DNA from: Felis catus
Lineage: Eukaryota
NCBI RefSeq assembly: GCF_018350175.1
Contig: NC_058368.1
Span: forward strand, 217,622,001-217,686,000
DNA: 64,000 bases
Direction: 5' to 3'
Shown here: one piece after another, positions 1 to 11,796 of the stretch
How the letters are laid out: each line of letters begins with the position of its first letter
How positions within the stretch are numbered: position 1 is the first letter of the stretch
Notes under the pieces: generated by a model
What the model was told of the DNA's origin: nothing
Databases searched by the model: none
What the model saw: the letters and a program-made list of their open reading frames with translations, nothing else
Translations under genes and position numbers: made by a program

Positions 1-823
1 CCTGGGATGACTTGGAAAATTTGCAAGAGAAGAGGGAAGGGAATATAGATACTCTTGATAATGGCTCAGTGAATGTAGAGAGCTTTGCATTATAATAGCA
101 TATAGCAAAAGGGGATTTGTGCAATTTCATCTAAATTTTCAAGTTCTGAATACACCAGGTGATATCAAGTTTATAATTGGAGCTATAATACACAATTTAA
201 AATTAATGTCATTTAAATGACAAAATATTCAGAGGTTCAAAATCATATCAATTTTCTTCTCTCTCTTCATATCTACCATTATTAAAACCATGTTACATTT
301 TAGTTTGTTTTCTAATTGAGCTGGCAGCACTTTACAGAGATGTGTGTTTGAAGTCACTGGTTGTCTTCTTTTATGTTGAGAAAATTTCTAAATACCATTC
401 TCAACAAACAGCCTCTTGTATCGTAATTATATTACTAATTATATTATTCTTTGAAAGTTTAATATGATGTCTAAGCTTGTCAGTTGTTTTATGAATGGCA
501 AATGGGTGGTAAGCTCTTTGTGTCCATGCATGAGTTATATTGATTTTATCCTTACATTTAATTAACAATTTTACTGAGTATGGAATTCAGTTTCAAAATA
601 ATTTGAACATGAATATACACATTCACAACAATGGTCACTCCTTTAGCTTTCAGTGTCTAAGACTGTTGATGACAACTCTACTGTTTACATAATGCACATT
701 CCCAAACAACTGATCTCTTCACTGGAAGTATTTAGGATGCCTTGTCTTTAGGTAGTGTTGTAAAAGTTCATGATAACAGAAAAAAAAGAAAATCAAAGAG
801 TAGCTAACTTCTTGTTTCATTAC

Positions 824-1017
824 TTTTTTTTAAATTTATTGTTTTGTTTTGTTTTGAGAGAGAGAGAGAGCGTGAGCATGGGTGGGGCAGAAAGGGGGAG
901 AAAATAGAATTTCAAGCAGGCTCCACTCAGCACGAAGCCCAACACAGGGCTTGATCTCATGACCTTAGCCAAAATCAAGAGTCAGATGCTTAACCGACTG
1001 AGCCACTCAGGCACCCC
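824..1017 (-). mobile_element. CAN-SINE
   Basis: Reverse tRNA-derived head 'tgagccactcaggcacccc', (GA)n tract, T-tail. Confidence 0.9.
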
Positions 1018-1309
1018 TTTTTTAAGTTTTTCAGAGAAGTATTACTAACATAAAATTAACCATTTTGAAGTATATAATTCAGTGTAATTTAGTACATTTT
1101 CAATGTACAACCATCAAAAACATTTTCATTACCCCAAAAAGAAAACCCATTCCCATTAAGCACTCACTCAACTTATAGTTGAGTAATATTCCATCGTATG
1201 AATATACCACATTTTCTTTATCCCTCATCCATCAATGGGTCTTTAATTCTACATTTTTGCTATTGTGTATAGTGCTGTTATGAACATTCATGTACAGGTA
1301 TGTTTTTTA

Positions 1310-1990
1310 ATGCCTAGAATCTGTGACATTGGTACATTATGTGACAACAGAGCATTGAGGTTGGTAATCAGCTGATCCTGAGATGGTTGTGGGGGAAGAG
1401 GGGAGGGTGAGAGAGAAGAGGAAAAGAGAAGAAGAGACTGAGCTACAACCACAAAATCTCAGAGAGCTGCCATGTGAAAATCACTTGACCTGCTATTACT
1501 GGCTTTAAAGATAAAGGAGGGGCTTATGAGCCATGGAACCAGGCAGCCTCTAGAAACTTAAAAAGATGAGGAAATAGATTTTCCCTTAGAGTTTCCAGAA
1601 GGGAATGTGACCCTGGTGATATCTCGATTTTAGCCTGGTTAGACCTGTCATATTTCTGACTGTAAAAACTAAAGATAATAAATTGTGTTAGTTTAGGCCA
1701 TTAAAATCATGGTAAATTGAGGCGTGTGGGTGGCTCTCAGTCAGGGAAGCATCCAACTCTTGATTTTGGCTCAGGTCATCATCTCATGGTTCATGAGTTC
1801 AAGCCTTGTGTCAGGCTCTGCACTGACAGTGCAAAACCTGCTTGGGCTCTCTCTTCTCCCTCTTTCGCTGTCCCTCCCCCACTCTTCCTTTCTCTCAAAA
1901 TAAATAAATAAACTTTTATAAATAAGTAAATAAATAAGTAAATAAGTAAGATTGTAGTAAATTGTTAGAGCAGCACTTGGAAGTTAAGGG
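1310..1990 (+). mobile_element. MLT1 (MaLR) LTR split by a CAN-SINE
   Basis: 'ggcagcctctagaa..gaaatagattttcccttagag..ccagaagggaa..aataaattgtgttagttt' resumes as 'ttagagcagca' after the SINE. Confidence 0.8.
1719..1950 (+). mobile_element. CAN-SINE inside MLT1
   Basis: tRNA-like head, CT tract, (AAAT)n tail. Confidence 0.9.
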
Positions 1991-2599
1991 CTTCTTAATA
2001 TTGTAACATCTAACCTGAACTTTTAACAGCAATCAGAAGTTAACATTGCAAAGAAGTGAGGAGATATTTCAGATAGTGAGAGCTAATGTTTGAAAAGAGA
2101 GATAGAGCCAACAGCTAAAAAGAAAAAGAACAGCTGACAAATGATAGATTAGCGATGTTTGGTTTTAGTTTACAGTGAGTATTTAACAGCTTGTTATGAA
2201 AATATTCTAACAGTCCCATATAAACTGCTATTTAGGTTGAATTTTATGAGGACACACATGACTTAATCAGCATTTGACTTTTATGAAGTTTCATCAGGAT
2301 TATTATAATTTAAAAATTATCATTAATTTTTCTCTCTTATGTCACAACTTTTTATCTTCACCACAGAGGGAGTTTTTAAGATCCAAAAAGTGGAGATATA
2401 ATTTTTCGAGAATGGGAAAAATTGAGCAAAAGACAAAATTACCAAAAAGACAAAAATGCTCTAAATTTTTCAGAAATCCAGTTAGAGAGAGAATTCATAT
2501 TCATAATTGATAATCACAAATGAAGGAAGCTGTGGTGAGTGTTGTTGTTAATTGGAGTTTAGATATTTATAGAAAAGAATGAACAATGATAAGTCAGGA

Positions 2600-3470
2600 A
2601 ATCTGTTTAAATATTTATCCACAATAAAATTCTAACATGATCTTAAACAAGGTAATTAATTTGTCTTTCTAAATTGAAGAGTTTATGATCAGTTATATGG
2701 AAATCCATGGTGAAGAAAGAAAGCCAATGTAGATGTAATTCAGTGAGTGAGGAGAGAAGTAATGACTATATGAATTTGGAGAGGTAGAAAGAGGCAAGGT
2801 CAGGTAGGTTCTTGGAAGCCACGGTAATCTGTTGGTTTTCTTTGTGGTTTTTGATTATTTGCCTGGTTTTGGTTTTTGATGTGTGTGTGTAACTTAGGAC
2901 AATGAAAAAAACATAGATGATGTGTTTTAAGCAGGTGATTCATATAAACTGATTGTTTTTTGAAAAGAAAGTCTGGTTGTTGTGTGGAACATGGATTCTA
3001 ATGGAAAATGAAATTCAAGGAGATGGAGTAAGAGGTATTGAAGTAATTAAGGTGGCCCACAGTGCTGGCTAAGATACACTAAGTTGAACTAAGATGTTAA
3101 CAAAAGAGTTTTGAGACCATGGGATTTACAGATAGACTGGATGGAGAGGTTTCAAGAAAAGAGAGAAAACAACTTCAGTGTGATCGATCGTACAAAGGGC
3201 AGCACTATTGACCACGGTGGGAACAGCAGGTGGAGAGATGAGTAATGGCTAGTTCAGAGAGAAATAAGAGAAACTTGTTTGGCCATATAAAGTTTTAAAT
3301 GGCTTATTTGACACATTGATGGGTATAAAAGGCAGGCATTTACATATTAGATTTGAAAAGACCAGAAAAATTACGGATGAAGATGTCATTGTGAGAGTCA
3401 TTACATATAATTTGTATGTAAAGTCATTTGACTAAACTGCTTATGAAGAAAGTATAAATAGAAAACAGGG
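2600..3470 (-). mobile_element. L2 LINE relic
   Basis: Purine-rich L2-like phrases such as 'ttttaagcagg' and 'agtctggttgttgtgtggaacatggatt'. Confidence 0.55.
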
Positions 3471-3923
3471 ATAAGGACTCTTATTGTGTAAAAATAAATT
3501 CATTAAAGTGGTATCCATGGAAATGTCTCGGAGAGAATGCTTTGTGAGTGTACTGGCAGTACACTAGTGTATAAGCTTTATTTTCAATAACATTTTTTAA
3601 GTATAATAGAGAAAATTTAATAGAATAATAATTAAAATTTCAAATTCACTCTGTCATAACTGAACCTAAATTATATCTTTATACATCAAGTTACTGACTT
3701 ACTAGGTTTTTAAATAAGAATGTTTCATATATTACTAAGTGGGAAGTTTTATCTTCTCAAACAAAAATGAGGAAATATATTGCAAAATTATGAAAGCATC
3801 TATAAACATTGAGGTTAGACAGAAGTTAATGTGGATCTTCCACTACAGCCAGTATGTTCTATGCCAAGACTGCATAGAAGATCAATTCTATAGCATGCAT
3901 CTTAATTACTTTCTTTACTGTTT

Positions 3924-4141
3924 AAAAAAAAAATTAATCTTTCTTCACTTTTGCGAGACAGAGAGAGACAGAGCATGAGCGGGGGAGGGGCACAGAGAGA
4001 GGGGACACACAGAATCCGAAGCAGGCTCCAGGCTCTAAGCTGTCAGCACAGGGCTCGACGCGGGGCTCAAACTCAAGAACCATGAGATCATGACCTGAGC
4101 CAAAGCCAGACGCTTAACTGACGGAGCCACCCAGGAGCCCC
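3924..4141 (-). mobile_element. CAN-SINE with TSD tttctttactgttt
   Basis: TSD at 3910-3923 and 4142-4155. Confidence 0.93.
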
Positions 4142-4572
4142 TTTCTTTACTGTTTTTAAAATTTTTTCACCATTCAACTTTGTACTCTCCTCAAACTGTG
4201 TGTTCTTTAGGGAAAGGAGAATTTTGGTTTAATACAATGAGAATTAGTCTTAGAACAACAAAATTCCTTGGGAATTTTTTTTCTCTCTTTCTTGCTTGCT
4301 TTCTTATTTTTTTATTGAAACTATGCATTGAAGATGAAAGTTTTGAGAGGACTTTTGAAGTCCAAGGAAAAATACATCTGTGAGAACAGCAGTAGGATGC
4401 CTATGATTAAGAAATGATAAACAATTGTTCTTTCCTTCTGAGCTAATAATAAGACAAATGATAAAGAATTGTCAAATCAGACTTGCATTGATCAGACACA
4501 TTACCCAATATCAAGCCTTTGATATTTCATGTATTTGAAGGATACGTGTAATCTACAGAAATATATGAAGGA

Positions 4573-4773
4573 GGGGTGCCTGCATGGCTCAGTCGGTTAA
4601 GTGTTCAACTTTTGATTTTGGCTCAGGTCATGGTCTCACAGTTGATGAGATTGAGCCCAAGCTCACAGCACAGAACCTGCTTGGGATTCTCTCTCTCCCC
4701 CTCTCCCTCTGCCCCACCCCTGCTCACACTCTCTGTCTCTCTCAAAACAAATAAATAAACTTAAAAAAAAAAA
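4573..4773 (+). mobile_element. CAN-SINE
   Basis: 'ggggtgcctgcatggctcagtcggttaag' head, A-tail. Confidence 0.92.
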
Positions 4774-4899
4774 TATATATATATAAAGGAATATATATAT
4801 ACACACATATATATAAAGGAATATATATATACAAAAGAATATATATATTTATATTTACTTATTTATAATTATATATATTAATGTATATATATGTATATG

Positions 4900-4931
<32 letters not shown>

Positions 4932-4959
4932 CACACACACACATATATATAAAGGAAAG

Positions 4960-7300
4960 AGAGGTGGAGGAGTTCAGTACAGCTCACCAGATCCCTACAG
5001 GATGCATCTCCAGCCCATATCTAAAGAATAGGCTTCTATGTGAAATGGATAATCACCTGCTTTAGAAAACTGGGTAAATTTCGGTCACAAATCATCTCCA
5101 TTTTGTACTGAAGTAGTCACATGTGACATTTTCCAGACAGCATACCTCATTAATAATGGATTTTTTTTTATTTAATTACCAAAGGCAAACCTAAACCAGA
5201 GATAGTCCACTAACACATCTAAAAGAGAAGAATTCTTCTCCTATCAAATACCATTATTTTTTTTTTAGGACATCTATTCTTACTTAGCATGTTTACATTG
5301 AGGTTAGATGATGTTCACATGCCTTCTTTCAACCTAAGGAGGGTCTCTCTAGTAATGCAAAGGAAACACCTTGAAGGTAAACTAACTTCCTAGTCTGATC
5401 TCTGTCCTCAGTCAATATCGTCATATTTCTAAGACACATTTTAATTATGTGTTTTATAGTTTGTGCTATATTTTCTACAAAGATTAATCTCACTAACACC
5501 ATGACAATGAATGGGATTTGACTCATGCAATTTTAAATAGGTATTTCCTTGCAAAGCTTGTTAAACATGATGATATCCCTTTTGAGTTATTTTAATATTC
5601 TTTTGTCAGCGCAATTACTCTTATTCCCCCAGGGATGACAGTCATTTGAACTTTTTATACATTGATGCAAGCATTTATTGAGTGTGTAATTTTTATAAGG
5701 CCAACCTTACTTCATTTTCTGGACAAACTGTTTTCAGAGTCCTTTCATTAAGTGATGGCTTCAGTTTAGATCATAAAATGTTTTCTCTGCCTGGAGAATT
5801 ATTATTTACACAAGTCTGGCTCTAATTTAATTCTCTAAGTCATATGTTCATCATATAGCTTTGGCAGAGAGATTAATGTAGTAATTTCTCTACATACTAT
5901 ACATTCCACTGATTGAGATGGGGACCAAAGACCATTATTCTGTGAATTCTGGGTTATATTTGATTTGTAGACATAAAAATATCCCAGCTACCATAGGAAA
6001 GGGTTTAGGACACTGGCTTCCAGGTGTTAGAACTGTGTCGCCCGGTCCATCCATACCCAGTAGAGATGACTCAACTTTGCTCCTCTATTCAAAGCCAGTG
6101 GGTTGTATCATAGCGAGGACTTCTTTCATCTGTGATATTCAGGCCATTAGAAAGCAATGATAAAAGCCATACTTCTTTGTGATGACCCACACAGTTGAAC
6201 TTCCTTTGTTTGCCTTTCTACACCACAAAGCCATCGCATGATGTCTGGTAGCCTTTCCTTGCAATGAATAAGCTCTTTTCCACCATTCTTGACAGCTCTG
6301 CTAAAGTTATTATTAAATTAATCCATGTAATTAGGGCTTTGTTTTCTCTCAAGACCAATTTCTGGCCATTGCCAATCTCCTGGAAAAGAGCATTTTCTGA
6401 CGTCCCTATTTGGATAAGCAAGATGTTTTCAGCAAGTTGGCAACCTTCTAGGAATGTTATTTCAATCCTACTCAGAGTCTCCAGGTGGACTCCTACTGTA
6501 CCTACAGAACATTTAAAACAATGGGGCCAGTGCTTACAAATCAGCACACATATTTTTACGAGAGCATGATGAGCGAGAGTTCAATATTTTCTTCTGTGTG
6601 CATAACAAGTCCTAAGGTTTCTTTCTCCACTCGCCAATGGTCACATTAGATCTGAGAGGGATAACTAAAAGTATTATTCTCTTGCCCTGAGATGCTCACT
6701 TGGAAATGGCACAGTTGCATCCCTACCTGGTTTATTAATCTTTTCTTATGAATGCCTTTTCCATTTGGTTTGCTTCCCATTTCTGTTTATTACTTTTCCA
6801 CCTAAGGTTGACTTTTAAACTTAGCAGGAATGTTATTTACCTACAGAGCTGGTAATAAAAACTGCTTTACTAACACTTTTCATCCACCCCTGCCCTCATC
6901 TCTAGGCATATTTGGGATTTGCAGGTAGAGGATATTGGACAAGACCTGCTGCTTGATAATGGAATTGCATTTGTAGGTAGCCCTAATTAGGCCACGGGGG
7001 TTGGTGTTATGACTTACTCCAAAATACCTTTAAAAATATGCACTGGTAAATTCAGTGACATTAAAATTAGGTCTTAGGCATTCTTTACATAGACAAAAAT
7101 TTTAAGTAGGTGTGACATCACTGGATAAAGAAGAATGGAAGAAACATTTTCTTAGATGGAAAGATGAAGTGTTTTGTAATTGCATTCCCCTCCGTGTCCA
7201 TTCCTTCTCTAGAGGCTATAAACAATTCTAGTGAAGACCTCACTTTACCTCCTCTCATACTCAAGAATGTGTTCCTTTAAACTATTAAGACAACCCATAG
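4960..7300 (-). mobile_element. Ancient decayed Ty3/Gypsy-like LTR retrotransposon pol (PR-RT-RNase H-IN); possible gag remnant extending to about 7870
   Basis: Minus-strand frame-shifted motifs in canonical order: MDTEG, VITPTPVA*LG, QYPLP, KPNGK..RLINQV, DHWRVE, WPHCFKCS, QLAENILL, PKPF, LVPI..*RNY, LHES..HCHGV..IKHIIKMC, LVDYL..RFA, ICDRN..F, HP..LN; aligned by eye. Confidence 0.72.
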
Positions 7301-7999
7301 ACCCTTGCCAGTCACCTGTTTTGAATAACAAGTGTTTCAATTGCCTGTTGAGTAGAGCACTTCTCTCTGTGTAACAAGTACTGTGATATGCTTATAAAAT
7401 GTTTCCTTGATTCTATCTATAGAGTAGTAACTGTATAAAAACTTGTACTTCAGTAGAAGAAATACACCCATGCAAGCCACATGGCTGTTCTAATCCTTTA
7501 AATGTACCCTCTGATGTTATACTTGTTATGTGATTAACAAAACTGAACTAAGAATCAGTGGCAGGCCCCCATAACACATATTTGTAACTCCTCAGGCTGC
7601 AAATAGAGGTCATGTGATCTAAACTATGTCATGCCCTAGTATTTAGGAACTTTACTCACAGCCATTTTCAAGCAATTTTTTTTTCTGTTGATATTGGATG
7701 AATTTCTTGACACAATGGATATTTTGTTGGATGCCAAGGGCATTTCTGATCTCCCAGCACATCAGTGATTGACTGAGACCCAACACATGCTTTCATTTTA
7801 TAAACTCAAATAGCTAGCGCCAGAAATCTGACTAAGGCCCTGCCTTGGCATTCCATTGCCTTTATGAGCTGTCATCTGCTTTTTTTTTGTTTGTTTATTT
7901 AAGGAACACCCTTTTATAGTAATTTTAAGTCATAATCTATATACAATAAAGTGTAAAGCTAATCTTAAGAGCTTGATGATATCATATATGTTTATAGGT

Positions 8000-8041
<42 letters not shown>
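8000..8041. repeat. (CA)n microsatellite
   Basis: About 20 perfect CA units. Confidence 0.98.
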
Positions 8042-8457
8042 TAGTAACTACTTTTCAGATCAAGGTATAGAGACTGTCCAGCATTTCTGAAAGTGTCATT
8101 TTCAGTTTCCCAATCAATACACCAAGACTCTGACTTCTATTTTTACAAATAAGTTTTGCTTGCTTTTGAACTTTATATCAATGAAATTGTATGGCTCTTT
8201 AAAATGATTGTAGTCACTGGAAAGTATTTGAGATTCATACATATTGTGGAATGCATCAGTATTTTGTTATTTAAGGCTGAGCAGTACTGAATTTTATCAA
8301 TATACATAATTTCACGTTTCTACTATTGGGTGTCAGACTATTACAAATAAAACCTATATCAACAAATTTATACAAGTGTTTGAAGTGGGCATTGGCATAT
8401 GGATACGTAACAAGAAGTACATGCACTTGGTCTAAGGGAAAGTATATAAATGATTTT

Positions 8458-8683
8458 TTTTAATTTTTAATATTTATTTATTTTTGAGAAACAGAGACAG
8501 ACAAACAGAGACAGAGGGTGAGTGGGGGAGGAGCAGAGAGAGGGGAAGACACAGAATCCGAAGCAGGCTCCAGGTTCTGAGCTGTCAGCACAGAGCCTAA
8601 CACGGGACTCGAACTCAGGAACCCTGAGATCATGACCTGAGCTGAAGTTGGACACTTAACTGACTGAGCCACCCAGGTGCCCC
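8458..8683 (-). mobile_element. CAN-SINE with TSD taaatgatttt
   Basis: TSD at 8447-8457 and 8684-8694. Confidence 0.94.
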
Positions 8684-11579
8684 TAAATGATTTTATTAGA
8701 AAATGCAAAAGAGTGTATCAGATCTGTGAAACAAGCTTCCTTCCAAATTGAACAGTGTTTTGCACAACGTATCTTTCTCAGTTTAATTTTTAATTTCAGG
8801 TTTTCTGGAATATGTGTAGTACTCCCCACTGAGCTTTCACAGCTGAAGCGTTTTGATGAAGAGTAATGCCGTTGAGAACATTTTTATGTTTATTGACTAG
8901 TCAAGTATCAACTTTAATGAAAAGCCTGTTTTCCTTTGACCCACTTTGTATTGGCTGGATTTGTCTTTTGTTTATTGATTTGTAGTATTTTCATATTTAG
9001 AGAGATGAGTCCTTTGCTACTTTATACTCTCTCTCTGCAGTCTGTGGCTTGATTCTCAATCTTACATGGACTTTTTTTCATAAATTTATAATTTGTGTTT
9101 TGTTTTTAATAGAGTTTATTTTTTAGAGCAGTTTTGGGTTTACTGAAAAACGGACCAGAGAGTAGAGTTCCCTCTCCATTAACACCATGCAGTAGTGTGG
9201 TACATTTGTTACAACTGATGTGAACCATATTGTTACATTAAAACTAAAATACATAGTTTACATTAGGGCTCATTCTTTGTGTTGCACAGTTCTATGGGTT
9301 TTGACAAATGAATTGTGTCTTGTATCCACCATTATAGTGTCATACAGAGTAGTTTGCCCCAAAAATCCCTTGTGTTGTATCTATTCATCCCTCCCTCCCT
9401 CTCCTGAATGCCTGGCAACCACTAGTAATTTGATTATCTCTAAAGTTTTGCGCTTTCCTGAACATCACATAGAATTATACAGTGTGCAGTCTTTTCAGAT
9501 TAGCTTCTTTCACTTACATTTAAATGTAATACGCATTTAAAGCTCCTTCACGTCTTTTTTTTAAACTTATAATTGATTTGTGAAGGGTAGAGAGAAAATG
9601 GAATATATAAAATGCTCAAAAAAACAGAAAAATGCAGAAAAAGATCAGACAAATAAACAAAAAAGAAATAAAGAACCAGTAATTAATAGAAAATAATTAC
9701 AAATATGGAGGATATTAAATCAGTTATACCAATCAAACTCTTTAAATGTGAGTCTAACACACCACTGGTAGAGAGTGGATAAAAAATATAAAAGATGTAA
9801 AACTCCACGATATGTTGTCTAAAATGAAACCACTTTATATTTAAAGTGGGTTAGATTAAAAGTACAGAGATGGAAAAAGATATTCTAAGGCAACAGTAAT
9901 CAAAAGAAAGTTGGAGTAGTTAGATGAACTTCAGATACAGCTAATATCAGAACAAGAGCATTTATCAGAGATAAATAGAAACATTACATAATGATAAAAA
10001 GGCCACTCCTCCAAAAAGACAACAATCCTTAATGTGTATGTACTTAACAGCAGAGTATCAAAAACACATTGTCTGTTGATGAGTATATTTTAATTTTCAT
10101 TAAATACAAATATTATTTGCATTTATTGTTTGGACCTATTGATTTTACAAAAGGAATATGTGCCTATTTCAATATCATGAAGTCAAGTTCATGTTTTTTC
10201 CAAGATGATCTTTTTGTTCCAGCTATCATATTTAAGTTTGTAATATATCTCAAATTAATTTTTGTGGATTATGTGAGGTATGAATGAAGTTTCTTCTGTT
10301 TTTAAATATCAATATCAATGGAGTTGCTACAGAATTTGCTGAGAATGCTTCCACAACAAAATTTCATTGGCACCTTTTTCTAAACTCAAGTGTATCTGTG
10401 AGTTTATTTCTAGATTTCCTATTTTGTTCTCATTTGTCTATTTAATACTTCACTCTCTTCATTATTGTAATTCTAGAATAAGTTTTGAACTTTAACAATA
10501 TAAGTTCTACTTTTTTCTTCTTCCAATTGTCCAGGCTACTCTAGGTCATTTGCATTCCCATGTTAATTTTAGTTTCGGCTTATCAATTTGTTGTAAAAAG
10601 TAACACTGAAATTTTGATAGGGATAGTATTAACTCCATATATTACATATTATACATGATATTTTATATATGTACATATATACATATATATGTGGGGAACA
10701 ACAAACATAATACAGAGCCTACATCAATAGGCCATGGGCCAGATATTTTGGTCATCTCCAATGCAATTTAATACATAGCATAATCTGATGAGTCTTACAT
10801 GTGTATGTGAAAAGAATGCATGTTATGAAGATGCTGGGCTGTTTGCTATTGAAGTATTATTGGGATTGATTTGGCTAGGAGCACTGCCAAAATATTCTGT
10901 ACCTTTACTATTATTTGTCTTTTTTTTCTCTAATTACTCAAATTAATATGTTAAAATATCCAAACACAGGTATCAGAATGAACTTTATATTGATACAACT
11001 GGTGTCATCTAGGTAGGTATATACACAGACTAGTAGTCAGCCATAAATTTCATTGTTCTGTCAGCTGAAAGGTTCTAAAAGCAACAACACCTAGTAGCAG
11101 TAAACACATCTAGCATTCTGATCTCAATTTCTACTGTCATTCTCCAATAAAGAGAACTGAGTCTTCCTGAAAAAAAAAAGGATGATTCTAGGAATATAAT
11201 AAGAAATACACAAGATGATTGTGGTGTACCTTGTGTTGCCAGAAATTAAGGACATGCACATAGACAAAAACACACTACAAAGATAGGAATATGGCAAAAG
11301 GACACAAGAATCGACTGTAAGGGCTCCCAGTGGGCAAAACTGAAAAAATTGGAGCAATGAAATACACTGGTATTAGCCCCCCCACCGCAAAAAAAATCCA
11401 AGAGTCCAAACTGATATAACTAAATAACAATAAATAAGTAAAGGGGAGAGAATAAACAAGGCTCCCATGTAGAGAAATTTCAAATGATATATGAAGATAG
11501 TCTCCCTTCAAAGAGGTGTAACTCCCTACTCCTTAAATGTTGGCAGAATGTAGCGACTTCCTTTTAAAGAATATGGTAA

Positions 11580-11796
11580 GGGGTACCTGGGTGGCTCAGT
11601 CAGTTAAGCATCTGACTCTTGGTTTCAATTCAAGTCATGATCTCACAGCTCGTGGGTTTGAGCCCCACATCAGGCTCTGCACTGACAGCACAGAGCCTGT
11701 TTGGGATTCTCTCTCTCCTTGTCTCCCTGCCTCTCACCTGCTCATGCATACGCACTCTCTCTCTCTCTCAAAATAAATAAATAAACTTAAAAAAAA
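11580..11796 (+). mobile_element. CAN-SINE
   Basis: 'ggggtacctgggtggctcagtcagttaag' head, CT tract, A-tail. Confidence 0.93.

Noticed and set aside
5490..7440. Endogenous bornavirus glycoprotein-like resemblance (YSIDRI, EGCQLAENILL..GT, HESNPI)
   Set aside because: The short motifs resemble bornavirus G as I recall it, but their spacing is about twice too long, and two of the three are better explained as RT and integrase motifs of the collinear Gypsy-like pol. A tblastn with bornavirus G proteins would settle it.
8467..8708. Recurring ORFs with WVAQSVK / EPGACFGFCVS motifs throughout the window
   Set aside because: Translations of CAN-SINEs, not a gene family
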